Source of the DNA: an uncultured delta proteobacterium
GTDB taxonomy: Bacteria > Desulfobacterota > Syntrophia > Syntrophales > UBA2185
NCBI GenBank assembly: GCA_963695875.1
Contig: CAVOID010000003.1
Location: 398,892 to 462,891, forward strand
Direction of reading: 5' to 3'
DNA: 64,000 nt
A program made the position numbers and the translations under genes. The notes below the pieces were generated by a model, which ran no database searches, was not told the DNA's origin, and saw only the letters and a program-made list of their open reading frames with translations. This document shows, piece after piece, positions 1-10,541 of the stretch. Position 1 is the stretch's first letter. Each line of letters begins with the position of its first letter.

Positions 1-125
1 TAAATTCTAATCAGGAAGTCCGAAATCCTAAACAATGTCAAAATCGCAAGTTACCAAAACATTCAGAAATTCGATATTCGAATTTAATATTTGTTTAGAA
101 TTTAGATATTAATATTTAGGATTTA
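1..125. repeat. AT-rich 7-mer periodic inverted-repeat intergenic element
   Basis: Left arm aagtccg/aaatcct/aaacaat; right arm gaaattc/gatattc/gaattta...gaattta/gatatta/atattta/ggattta; arms roughly reverse-complementary. Confidence 0.55.
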
Positions 126-130
126 CTTGC

Positions 131-2554
131 ATGTTAGTCAGTCTCAGATGGCTTAAAGATTATGTAGATATCAGAATTTCACCCGCAGAGCTGGTAGATC
201 AATTGACAATGGCCGGTCTTGAGGTAGAAGCCGTCAAGGAAATAGGTCCTTTATTTACGAATGTTGTAGTTGCAATGATCCTTTCCGTCAGACCTCATCC
301 CGCAGCAGACAATTGTTTCCTTTGTGAAGTGACTACAGGTGAAAGTACCTTTCCAGTGGTATGTGGTGCCGGTAACATCCGCACTGGTGATGTGGTTCCC
401 CTTGCGAAAATCGGGGCAACTATACCCGGTGGTTATACCATCAGGAGCTCAAAAATCAGAGGTGAGATATCAGAGGGTATGCTCTGTTCCGAACAGGAAC
501 TCGGGATAGGCAGTGATGCTGCGGGTATCATGATTCTCCCGGGCAATCTTTCTATCGGCGAAGATCTATCAAAAGCACTTGATCTGGAGGATACCGTTCT
601 TGATATTGCGATTACACCGAACCGTTCCGACTGTTTGAGCATCATTGGTATTGCACGTGAAGTTGCGGCAATTACAGGATTGAAGCTTAAGTATCCTGAT
701 ATTACCGTACGGGAAAGTGAAGAGGATATAAACCGTATCACGTCAGTGGATATTCTCGATCCCGATCTCTGCCCCCGATACAGCGCCAGAATTATAAAAA
801 ATGTTACGATAAAACCTTCACCATTTTGGATGCGCCAGAGACTGGAAGCAATTGGCCTTCGCGCCATCAACAATATTGTTGATATTACCAATTATGTGAT
901 GATGGAATTGGGCCAGCCGCTTCATGCATTTGATTTCAGGTTTCTTGAAGAGGGCCGTATTGTAGTTAGAAGATCCCGCAAAGGAGAAATATTCACATCC
1001 CTAGATGAGAAGGAGCGTATCTTGGAGGCGGATACGCTGATGATTTGTGATGGCGTCAAACCAGTGGCTATTGCCGGTATCATGGGTGGAGTTAATTCTG
1101 AAGTTAAGGAGGACACAAAGACAATTCTGTTGGAAAGTGCTTATTTTGCACCATCCTCTATTCGTAAGTCGGCAAAGTTACTGGGCATGGTTACGGATGC
1201 TGCATTCAGATTCGGTCGTGGTGTAGATCCTGAAGGTGTGATCGGGGCGCTTAACAGGGCGGCACGGTTTATGGCAGAAATTTCCGGTGGGGCAGTTTGC
1301 AAAGGTTACATCGATCAATATCCTAAGAAAGTTGAAACAGCAAGTGACATTCCGCTTCAGAATAAGAAGAGTCAATGATATCCTGGGGACAGATATTAAT
1401 GCAGATGAAAGTACCAGAATTCTGAAATGTCTGGATATGTCGGTCTCATAGGGAAAGTGACGAAATTTACCGTGTGACCCCACCAACATACAGGGTAGAT
1501 ATCACGAGGGAAATAGATCTTATCGAAGAGGTAGCAAGACTTTATGGTTATGACCGTATCCCTGTAACTTTGCCCCCGGTTTCGGTTGTAACTGTAATGA
1601 AGGATCGTAAAAAAATTCTCTCGGACAGCATTACGGAAAATTCTGGGAGGATCCGGATACTCGGAGGTAATCACATACAGCTTTATCTCCCCTGGCCTTG
1701 TAGATCAGCTGGGATTCGCTTCGGAGGATGAGCGGCGAAAGATTGTTAAGATAAGAAATCCCCTGACGGAGGATCAGTCGGTAATGCGGTCGACGCTCAT
1801 TCGCGGCCTCTTGGAAACAATGAAGAAAAATGCCAATAATGGCTGCTTCGATCTCAAGGTGTTTGAGATTGGCAGGGTTTTTTTTCACCATAAAGAGGGT
1901 GAGCTTCCAATTGAGAAGAACATGATCGGTTGCTTGATCACAGGCCTGCGTTATGATGATCTCTGGTCTTCAAAGTTGTATGCAGATTTTTATGATATAA
2001 AAGGATGTATAGAGAACATCCTTGATGGTCTCAGGATTTCAGGTTTAAAATTCAGGTCCTGATTACGGGGAGACCTTGCTCCATTCAGGGAAGTCCTGCG
2101 AAGTATATGTTGGCGACCAATTGATCGGGTTCGTAGGGGAGGTGCATCCTGATGTTCTTAGGCGCATGGATTTAAAGAATCTTGCTTATGTATTTGAAAT
2201 TGATTTAGATATTCTAACAAACCTTTTTTCCGGCGAGGTGCTGATATAAAGACCTGCCTAGGTTTCCATCGGTCGTGAGAGATGTAGCTTTTGTAGTTGG
2301 CCAAGAGATGGAAGCGGATAAAATACTTAATCTAGCCATGGATATGGGTAAAGAATTGCTTGAAAAAGTAAGTATTTTTGATGTATATTCCGGCAAAAGT
2401 ATCACCTCATGGTAAAAAAAGTTTGGGATTAAGGTTTACATATCGGGTTGCTGACAGAACATTGACAGATGATGAAGTGAATCAGGTGCACGGGGGGATC
2501 GTAAAAAGTATCATTGATGTAACTGGGGCAAAAATCAGGGGCGAAGAAAATTAG
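131..2554 (+). CDS. pheT: Phenylalanine-tRNA ligase beta subunit, split by several frameshifts (probable sequencing indels)
   Basis: [76 protein letters not shown]-like C-terminus ends at TAG 2554. Confidence 0.95.
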
Positions 2555-2582
2555 ATATCTGAAAGATTGTGGGAGGTTAGAA

Positions 2583-2858
2583 ATGACAAAGATTGATATT
2601 ATTCAGGATGTGTATGAGAAGCTGGGATTTTCGAAGAAGGATGCAGCGAAGATTGTTGAGTCGGTTTTTGAGATCATGAAGGATAGTCTTGCTAACGGTG
2701 AAAAGATAAAGATTTCCGGTTTCGGTAACTTTTCAGTCAAGGAGAAGAAATCTCGCAGAGGCAGAAATCCCCAGACCGGCAGCGAGATAGAGATATCGGC
2801 GAGAAAAGTGCTTACCTTTAAATCGAGTCAAGTGTTACGCAAGGCGCTGAACAGTTAA
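2583..2858 (+). CDS. ihfA: Integration host factor subunit alpha
   Basis: IKISGFGNF..RRGRNPQTG..ISARKVLTFK; canonical position after pheT. Confidence 0.93.
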   Translation: MTKIDIIQDVYEKLGFSKKDAAKIVESVFEIMKDSLANGEKIKISGFGNFSVKEKKSRRGRNPQTGSEIEISARKVLTFKSSQVLRKALNS

Positions 2859-2889
2859 GCTTCGAAGGTTAAAGAAGCTCTAAGCACGA

Positions 2890-3126
2890 AATCCTGATGA
2901 CCCGGTAAAAACATGTCCACGCAAGTTATAGTCGGGTGTCAGTAACTGTACTAAAAGTGGTAGACTTCTTAAACAACACCGGAAGCAAGGTATATCCTTA
3001 GACAGGAAGAGGATGATCTTGCCTACTGAAAGAGGCGTAGACCAATATTCGATCCATAACATATGCCTCGGCCTTGGCAGGAGGCAAACTCCAGCTGGGG
3101 AACATTTTACAAGCCTCTAATCCTGA
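2890..3126. mobile_element. Putative ~220-bp MITE-like insert flanked by 8-bp direct repeat AATCCTGA
   Basis: AATCCTGA at 2890-2897 and 3119-3126; degenerate terminal inverted repeats; no credible ORF inside. Confidence 0.5.
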
Positions 3127-3248
3127 ATGCTAAGCGAATTCAAAACCCAAGTGATGCAAATCTAACCCTTAAGTGGGAAATACATATGTGGAGCTTCAAG
3201 ATTTAAACTTGGTCTTTTTGGGATATTAGGATTTAGGCTCTTATTTAA

Positions 3249-3587
3249 ATGAATATTTCGATTCCGGACAAAGAGTATTTCCGTATCGGAGAGGTTAGTA
3301 AGATTCTTGGTGTAGATCCTTACGTCGTCAGGTATTGGGAATCTGAGTTCAAATCGATAAAGCCAATTCGTACGAAATCCGACCAGCGTCTATTCAGGAG
3401 AAAAGATTTAGAGGAGCTGTTGATTATTAAAAACCTCCTCTATGCCGATAAGTTTACCATCAGCGGTGCTAAAAAACAATTGTTGAAGATGAGGGAAGGG
3501 ACGGTGCAATCCGATAAGGACTGTAATCGTGAGCGGCTTGGTGAGATTAAAAAGGGATTACTGCAGATAAGAAAAATAGTCAGTTGA
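3249..3587 (+). CDS. MerR family transcriptional regulator
   Basis: IPDKEYFRIGEVSKILGV..YVVRYWESEF; conserved pheT-ihfA-merR context. Confidence 0.9.
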   Translation: MNISIPDKEYFRIGEVSKILGVDPYVVRYWESEFKSIKPIRTKSDQRLFRRKDLEELLIIKNLLYADKFTISGAKKQLLKMREGTVQSDKDCNRERLGEIKKGLLQIRKIVS

Positions 3588-3642
3588 AGAGAAAGAGGGA
3601 CAGGCATTTCTTCACAAAGGAAAAAACCTGCCCCTCCTGTCC

Positions 3643-3924
3643 TTAATGCTTGATTGATCTTTTGGATGCCTTGAGCGGATTGATTTTTTGTGTGGCTTCT
3701 TTGATTTCTTTCTTTATGTGCGATGCGGTTGGACAGTTTCCAGAAAGCCATTTGCTGATGGGTTCAGGATAGACCTTGCAGTACTGACCGGTCGGGCAAT
3801 CTATGATTTTATTGCAACCTTCACACTTCTCAATAATTATATGACAACTACCTCCATTAAATCCACAGCCTTTCTTCGTCATGAAGGTACACTCTGAACC
3901 AGTCTTGATGGTTTGACAGACCAT
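3643..3924 (-). CDS. PxxKW family cysteine-rich protein
   Basis: CQT..C.FM...GC.F.GG.C..I.EKCEGC..YC..YPEPISKW..GNCP.ASH..INPLKASKR. Confidence 0.85.
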   Translation of the reverse strand: MVCQTIKTGSECTFMTKKGCGFNGGSCHIIIEKCEGCNKIIDCPTGQYCKVYPEPISKWLSGNCPTASHIKKEIKEATQKINPLKASKRSIKH

Positions 3925-3993
3925 TGGAATCACCCCCTTTCATGTTTTTTTTGTAATTTTTTATTGGTAATGACATCTATCAAAAATTTTCTA

Positions 3994-4022
3994 ATTATAG
4001 CAAAATAATTAATTGATGTCAA
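3994..4022 (-). promoter_or_regulatory. Consensus sigma70 promoter for the PxxKW gene
   Basis: Minus strand TTGACA-17 nt-TATAAT with extended TG. Confidence 0.8.
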
Positions 4023-4194
4023 GTAAATAAATACATAAAAATTAATGATTAAATTATGCAATAATAACGTCATGAATAGCCTATCGAATGAATTGACTTC
4101 AAAACACAATCATGTTAGGCAAACACCTCTGTTAGAGGAGAATCTATGAAGAGTGAAAAACATCAATGAACATCGCATCATGTTTGAGTCTGCC

Positions 4195-4464
4195 ATGGTA
4201 GAAATAAAAACATTTGAGATAAAAAATAAACTGGGTCTTCATGCGAGGGTTGCGGCGAAGCTGGTCAATGTGTCAACACGATTTAAATCAAAAATATTTT
4301 TTGAAAGAGATGGCAGAGTTGTGAATGGAAAAAGTCTTCTCAGTATCTTGACATTAGCCTGTCCTTTGGGAAGCCGAATAACAATAAGAGCAGAAGGGAT
4401 AGATGCACGGGAGGCTATTGAAGATCTTGAGAAGCTGATAGAAGATAAATTTGGAGAAGATTGA
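4195..4464 (+). CDS. ptsH: HPr phosphocarrier protein
   Basis: NKLGLHARVAAKLV (His15) and GKSLLSI (Ser46 region). Confidence 0.92.
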   Translation: MVEIKTFEIKNKLGLHARVAAKLVNVSTRFKSKIFFERDGRVVNGKSLLSILTLACPLGSRITIRAEGIDAREAIEDLEKLIEDKFGED

Positions 4465-6245
4465 TGGATACTGATGTGGAAAAAAAATCTTTTGTTCTAA
4501 AAGGGATAGGAGTCTCACCAGGTATCGTGATCGGAAAGGCATACCTGTATGATCGCTTCAATGCTCAGGTTTCCTTTTATAAGTTGAAGGATAAAAGCCT
4601 TGTATCTGAGGAAATTAGACGGTTCAAAACAGCCCTAAAGGAATCGGAAAAACAGCTTCTGGAAGTAAAAAATAAACTCTGGGAATTGGCCGGCCGGGAG
4701 CCGCTATATATCATCGATGTTCATATCATGATTCTAAAGGACAAGATGTTTATCAACCATACAATTCAATATATTAAGGACGTGTTAATCAATGCAGAGT
4801 GGGCCATTAAGATGACCATCGATAGATATAGAGAAATCTTTGAAAAGGTGGAAGACGAATATCTCAAAGGCCGGATCAGTGATATTCGATATGTGGGGCA
4901 GATGATTCTAAGGAATCTTGCCGGAGAAAAGAAAGAGACCATTACGGATGTTAGCGGAAAGGGTATCGTCATAGCCATAGACCTTTCGCCTGCAGATACT
5001 GCGCAGATGATGATTAACAAAGTCCAGGGATTTGCGACAGATATGGGAGGGAAAACATCCCATACAGCAATTGTGGCCAGAGCGGTTGAAATTCCCGCAG
5101 TTGTTGGTTTGGAATCCATTACAAAAATGGTTCGAACAAATGACGACATTATTGTTGACGGCTCCGCGGGGCTTGTTGTGGTGAATCCTGATCCAGAAAT
5201 GATTAAGGTATATGAAGATAAACAGAAGCACTTTGAGACAGCCCAGGAAAACTTTCTGAAATATGCCCATCTTCCTGCGATAACGAAGGATAATTATAAA
5301 GTGGAAATAGGTGGAAACATAGAGTTTATCGAGGAGATCCCTTCTGCCATATCTCATGGCGCCGAAGGCATCGGTCTGTATAGAACGGAATTCATCTACA
5401 TAAATAAAGAACAGCTTCCAACGGAGGAAGAGCACTTTTCACATTACAGAAGTGTTGTTGGGTCAAAGGGCTTAAAATGGGCAACTATCCGGACCCTTGA
5501 TTTAGGTGGTGATAAGTTTTACTCTGATCCTAAGTTAGCCAAGGAGATGAACCCTCAAATGGGCCTGAGAGCCATACGATTTTGTCTGAAGGAAGTGGAG
5601 TTGTTTAAGGTACAGTTGCGGGCAATTGCCCGAGCCAGTGCTTTTGGCAAGACTAGAATCATGTTTCCTATGATTTCAGGAGTTGAGGAAATACGAGAAG
5701 CCAAAAAAATCTTTTTTGAGGTTAAAGATGATCTTATTGTCCAGGGTATACCGGTTGGCAACGACATTGAGATCGGAGTCATGATAGAAGTTCCGTCTGC
5801 TGTAATTATTGCCGATGAATTGGCAAAGGAAGTGGATTTTTTTAGCATAGGCACAAACGACCTGATCCAATATGCCTTAGCTATTGATAGGATAAACGAA
5901 AGGGTAACCTACCTATATGAACCTCTCCACCCAGCTGTGTTAAGACTAATAAAGCAAGTGATCGACGTTGGTCATAGAGCAGGCATTCGGGTTGCAATGT
6001 GCGGGGAAATGGCTGGTGAACCAGCTTATATCATGATTCTTTTAGGGCTCGAAATTGATGAGTTAAGCATGAATCCTCTGGCAATACCCAGGGTAAAAAA
6101 GGTAATCCGCGGTTCTACTCTAAAGGAATCCAAAGCCTTGTTAGAAAAAGTCATGACATTTTCATCGGCTTCTGAGATACGGGAATTTGTAAATAATTAT
6201 ATGAGTGAGCGGTTTCCTGAAGAGTTTCAGCTAAACGGGACTTAA
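4464..6245 (+). CDS. ptsI: PEP-protein phosphotransferase, PTS enzyme I
   Basis: GGKTSHTAIVAR, GIGLYRTEF, FFSIGTNDLIQY, MCGEMAG. Confidence 0.96.
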   Translation: MDTDVEKKSFVLKGIGVSPGIVIGKAYLYDRFNAQVSFYKLKDKSLVSEEIRRFKTALKESEKQLLEVKNKLWELAGREPLYIIDVHIMILKDKMFINHTIQYIKDVLINAEWAIKMTIDRYREIFEKVEDEYLKGRISDIRYVGQMILRNLAGEKKETITDVSGKGIVIAIDLSPADTAQMMINKVQGFATDMGGKTSHTAIVARAVEIPAVVGLESITKMVRTNDDIIVDGSAGLVVVNPDPEMIKVYEDKQKHFETAQENFLKYAHLPAITKDNYKVEIGGNIEFIEEIPSAISHGAEGIGLYRTEFIYINKEQLPTEEEHFSHYRSVVGSKGLKWATIRTLDLGGDKFYSDPKLAKEMNPQMGLRAIRFCLKEVELFKVQLRAIARASAFGKTRIMFPMISGVEEIREAKKIFFEVKDDLIVQGIPVGNDIEIGVMIEVPSAVIIADELAKEVDFFSIGTNDLIQYALAIDRINERVTYLYEPLHPAVLRLIKQVIDVGHRAGIRVAMCGEMAGEPAYIMILLGLEIDELSMNPLAIPRVKKVIRGSTLKESKALLEKVMTFSSASEIREFVNNYMSERFPEEFQLNGT

Positions 6246-6271
6246 GAGATTAAATAGTAAAAGACACATCT

Positions 6272-6320
6272 GTGACGGTTTCGTAAAAGTCAAGTAAATT
6301 ACGTTTTTACGAGGCCACCG
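6272..6320. repeat. Short inverted-repeat (MITE-like) element
   Basis: gtgacggtttcgtaaaa ... ttttacgaggccac imperfect inverted repeat; related end at 29976-29998 (ttgatggcctcgttacaaagtc). Confidence 0.5.
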
Positions 6321-6348
6321 CCCGGTTTTAAGTATTTACGAGATCATT

Positions 6349-8982
6349 ATGTCCATCCTGTCAAAAATTAAAGCGTGGATGACAGACAGTAAAGAATTTT
6401 TCTCTGGATGCCTTTACAAGGAGGACAATTTTCCTCTATTCTGGCTTATTAAGGATGTATTGTCCAAGGTCGAACTTGCTGATGAGTATGTCGAATCATT
6501 AAAAAAACTTTCGGAAAAAGGGATAGTCATTTATGCAATTAAAGATAAAAGTCAGCTCAATAGTCTTATTATACGTGAGCTTTCGGCCAGAAAGGGTATA
6601 CCGAGGCCGGTTTATTGCCACGGAATAAATATGATTTTCTGGCAGCCTTTCTCTGCTGCTTTTAGGGTTGTTTTTTCCATTCTATTTCATTTTCTTTTCA
6701 AAAAGACCATTCTGGAAACCTACAAGACCAATTATCTGAAACGAATCATCATAGAAGGGAAAAGTGTAGTTATACATCTTGGAGGTTCAGAATTTTTTGA
6801 AAACCGTATGACACAGAAAGCGCTCATACAATTGATTGATACTCAAAAAAATTTAAATATGCCGATTTATATTATTCCGGTTATGATTACCTATGGACGA
6901 AGAAGGGATAAGGAGAAGGAGAGTTTAATAAATATTCTATTTGGCCAGGCGGAAGAAACGGGTGCACTTCGCCGGGTGATTACATTTCTCCGATACTCCA
7001 ATCAAGCAACGGTGATAGCTGCAGATCCGATTAAGCTTAAGGACTTCGTCAATGAAAACAAAGATATAACAACAGAGGCACTATACCATGATCTGAGAAG
7101 AGAACTGATAGACAGGATTGATGAAGAGAAGACAAGCATCGTGGGGCCTGTTTTGAAGTCAAGGGAAGAAATTATCAGCATGGTTCTTAATGAAGATAAT
7201 CTCAATCATTTTATAGAAGAGATGGCGGCCCATGGCACAAAAGAGCATGACACCCTTGTCAAGGAGGCGGAAAAATACATGCGGGAAATTGCTTCTGACT
7301 ATAATGACATGTTTATCGATCTCTGGGATAAATTTCTCACGTGGCTGTGGAATAATATCTATGATGGTGTGGTGGTTGACAAGTCTGGACTGGCAAAAAT
7401 TAGAAACATATCAAAAAAAATGCCTTTTGTCATCATACCCTGCCATCGGAGCCACATCGATTATCTCCTCCTTTCTTATGTTTTTTACAAACATAATATC
7501 CAGATGCCGTTTGTCGCTGCCGGTACCAATCTGTCATTCTGGCCTGTGGGATACATCTTTAGAAAATCGGGTGCCTTTTTCATTCGTCGTACCTTTAAGG
7601 GGAACATACTCTACAGCGAAGTATTCGCCAAATATCGTGGAAGTCCTTTTAAAAGAAGGTCTGCCGCTTGAGTTTTTCATAGAGGGGGGACGGAGTCGCA
7701 GCGGTAAGATGGTAATGCCAAAATTTGGCCTCCTTTCGATGCTTATCCAGGCTTATAAGAAGAAGGCCTGTGATGATCTGGCAGCAATTCCAGTCTTCAT
7801 TGGGTATGATCGTGTCATTGAAGGGGATTCCTACTTGAAGGAGCTTGGAGGAGTACCGAAAGAAAGAGAGAAGACTTCAGATGTAATAAAAAGTCATAAA
7901 ATTTTAAGGAGACGTTACGGACGAGTTTATGTGAACATCGGTGAACCGATTTTTTTAAAATCATATCTTGCATCGCAGGAGAAAGCTTTTGAAGATATGA
8001 CGACAGAAGAGAGACAGAGCCTGTACAGGAAAATCAGTTATGAAATTGCCCTTGAAATCAATAAGGTGTCTGTCAGTCACTCCTTTTTCTCTCGTTGCGT
8101 CCGGTTTGCTTTGCCACGACAGAAAAGGAATATCTCATGAGGAAATGATGGACGTGATAGATTTATTCTCTGATTATCTCAGCCATAGAGAAGTAAACTT
8201 TGCTGCTACCCTGGTTAATAGGGAAAAGGCTGTTATAGATGCCCTGAACCACTTTGACCAGTTGGACATAATATCCAAAATGGGGGCGGATGAAAAAGAA
8301 CATGATGAACTGGAAGAAGTCGTTTACTCCCTGGAAGATGACAATCGACTGAAATTAGAGTATTATAAAAATAATATCCTTCACTTCTTCATCCCGATCA
8401 GCTTCGTAGCCGCGTCATTGCTAGCAAGTCATGAAGATGTGGTATCCTTGAACCGGATCGTGAAGGATTACCAGTTTTTTAAGAGGCTCTTCTGGCATGA
8501 ATTCATCTTTGATGATCGGAGGGATGATTTGGATGAGGTGAATGATGTCCTCTCTTATTTAGATAACAGAGGTATGATAACCGGTTTGGAACGAAATGGA
8601 CACGCGCTGGTCGAGGTTAAGGGCAGGGGCAGGAGGGATCTAATGCCCTTTGCCGGCTTGGTACGCAACTATATAGAATCGTACTGGGTAGTGATCAGAG
8701 GTTGTCTGTATCTCAAAAACGGAGCAATGCAGGAAAAGGAATGGACGAGGAAGATCCAGCAGGCTGGCTGTTAAGATGTACAAAAAGGGAGAGATACGTA
8801 GGGCAGAAGCCCTGTCGCAGTCCAATTATCGAAGTGCTATGCAATTTCTCCAGGATGCCGAAATTGTGTATATTTCCGAATCTGGTGATAAAGGAGATAA
8901 GAAAGAATCTAATCTATGTACGCTTGCCGGCAGCAAGGTGGAAATGGATTCTCTCCGACACAGATTGTTCGAATTCTTGTAG
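6349..8982 (+). CDS. plsB: Glycerol-3-phosphate acyltransferase, PlsB-like; split into four ORFs by frameshifts
   Basis: PCHRSHIDYLLLSY, GAFFIRR, FFIEGGRSRSGK, LEYYKNNILHFF in consecutive frames. Confidence 0.8.
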
Positions 8983-9098
8983 TGACGGTATCGCACAGGA
9001 TACTCTGGGTTTTGCGATGTTATTTCCTGGAAACCCTTGTAAAAGTCTCAGTTTTTATTTGACTTCCCTAGCCGTTCATGCTAAGGAGCGCAACGCAG

Positions 9099-9383
9099 AT
9101 GGATAAGGACACTAAGAAATCAGCCATCCAGCTCGCATATGCCAGCAGTATTGGCATTGCCATGGTACTGTTGATTTTCGGAAGTCTTTATCTGGGTGTC
9201 TATCTCGACAGGAAGTTTGGAACTGGATATAAATTAACAATTTTTCTTTTAATAGTAGGTATTGTTGCCGGATTCAGGAATATATACGTTTTAATAAAGA
9301 AATTTTCCTGGGATGAAAAACCTGTAATTAAGTATCTGAAAAGTGAACCACACAGAAAAAGATCCCCTCCAAAGAAAGCTTGA
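9099..9383 (+). CDS. AtpZ/AtpI family protein
   Basis: YASSIGIAMV..G.YLDRKFGT, two TM helices, upstream of atpI/atpB. Confidence 0.85.
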   Translation: MDKDTKKSAIQLAYASSIGIAMVLLIFGSLYLGVYLDRKFGTGYKLTIFLLIVGIVAGFRNIYVLIKKFSWDEKPVIKYLKSEPHRKRSPPKKA

Positions 9384-9741
9384 GCTTACAAACTGGGTTA
9401 TCCTGGGGATACTTCTCATGCTCAGTTTTATCTTCATGCCTTATAGATTTGCTTTCGGAATGTTGTTGGGCGGTTTTATAAGTATTGTAAATTTTTATTG
9501 GCTTGGCAGGGATCTGAGAAAGGCGTTCAGCAGGCTTTCCGAACGGTCAAATTCATCTGTCATGTTTAAATATTACATCAGGTTTGCCGTTACGGCTGTT
9601 GCCCTGTATTTTATCATCTCCGGAGATTTTGTTGATATAGTAGGCTTATTGATTGGCCTTTCGATAGTAGTTATTGCCATAGTATTTACCACAATCGCAA
9701 CGGCATATTCAAAAAAAAATTGCATTGAGGAGGTTAAATAA
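9343..9741 (+). CDS. atpI: ATP synthase protein I
   Basis: Four TM helices, GG.ISIVNFYWL, YYIRF, GLLIGLS. Confidence 0.8.
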   Translation: MNHTEKDPLQRKLELTNWVILGILLMLSFIFMPYRFAFGMLLGGFISIVNFYWLGRDLRKAFSRLSERSNSSVMFKYYIRFAVTAVALYFIISGDFVDIVGLLIGLSIVVIAIVFTTIATAYSKKNCIEEVK

Positions 9742-9744
9742 GAG

Positions 9745-10398
9745 ATGCATTCTTTGTCATTCCTTGAAAACCACTATATTCCCGCACATGTAATGTATAC
9801 CTGGTTTGTCATGGCGCTACTGGCCGTTTCTTCTTTTCTTGCAACACGCCGGCTGGATATCTATCCGACCAGGTTTCAGAATGTTATGGAAGTTGTTATG
9901 AGTGGTTTCGATTCCTTGATTAACGATACCATGGGTCACGAAGGAAGAAAATTTTTCCCGCTGATTGCAACCATAGGACTCTTTATCCTTGTATCCAATC
10001 TTCTGGGGCTTGTCCCTGGTTTTGAAGCCCCCACGGCTAATCTCAACACAAATGCCTCGATGGCGATCGTGGTTTTTTGCATGACTCACGTTATGGGAGT
10101 TAAGGTTCATGGATTCAAGTACATTAAGCAATTTTTGGGACCGGTGTGGTGGTTAATGCCCCTTATGTTTCTCATTGAAATGGTGAGTCACTTAGTCCGT
10201 CCCTTATCACTTACCGTGCGATTATTCGGAAACATCGAGGGTGGGCACATCGTTGTAGCTGTGTTATTTTTGTTGGCTCCTTTCCTTATCCCGTTGCCGA
10301 TTCTCTTTCTGAAGATTTTCATATCAGTTATCCAGACCCTCGTCTTTATGTTACTGTCCATGATGTATATTGCCGGCGCTATGGAAGAGGCACACTAA
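9745..10398 (+). CDS. atpB: F0F1 ATP synthase subunit a
   Basis: [36 protein letters not shown]. Confidence 0.95.
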   Translation: MHSLSFLENHYIPAHVMYTWFVMALLAVSSFLATRRLDIYPTRFQNVMEVVMSGFDSLINDTMGHEGRKFFPLIATIGLFILVSNLLGLVPGFEAPTANLNTNASMAIVVFCMTHVMGVKVHGFKYIKQFLGPVWWLMPLMFLIEMVSHLVRPLSLTVRLFGNIEGGHIVVAVLFLLAPFLIPLPILFLKIFISVIQTLVFMLLSMMYIAGAMEEAH

Positions 10399-10541
10399 TA
10401 ACTGTCAGCGCTTGTAACTATACTGAGGAGGGGCCAAGACCCCCGCGGTTTCGTCTCCTCCTCCATATAAGAGGGTGGGGTCTGAAAAATATGATCCCTA
10501 TTCCCTGATCTCTATCCCATGGAAAAGGAGGGAATAGCCCT

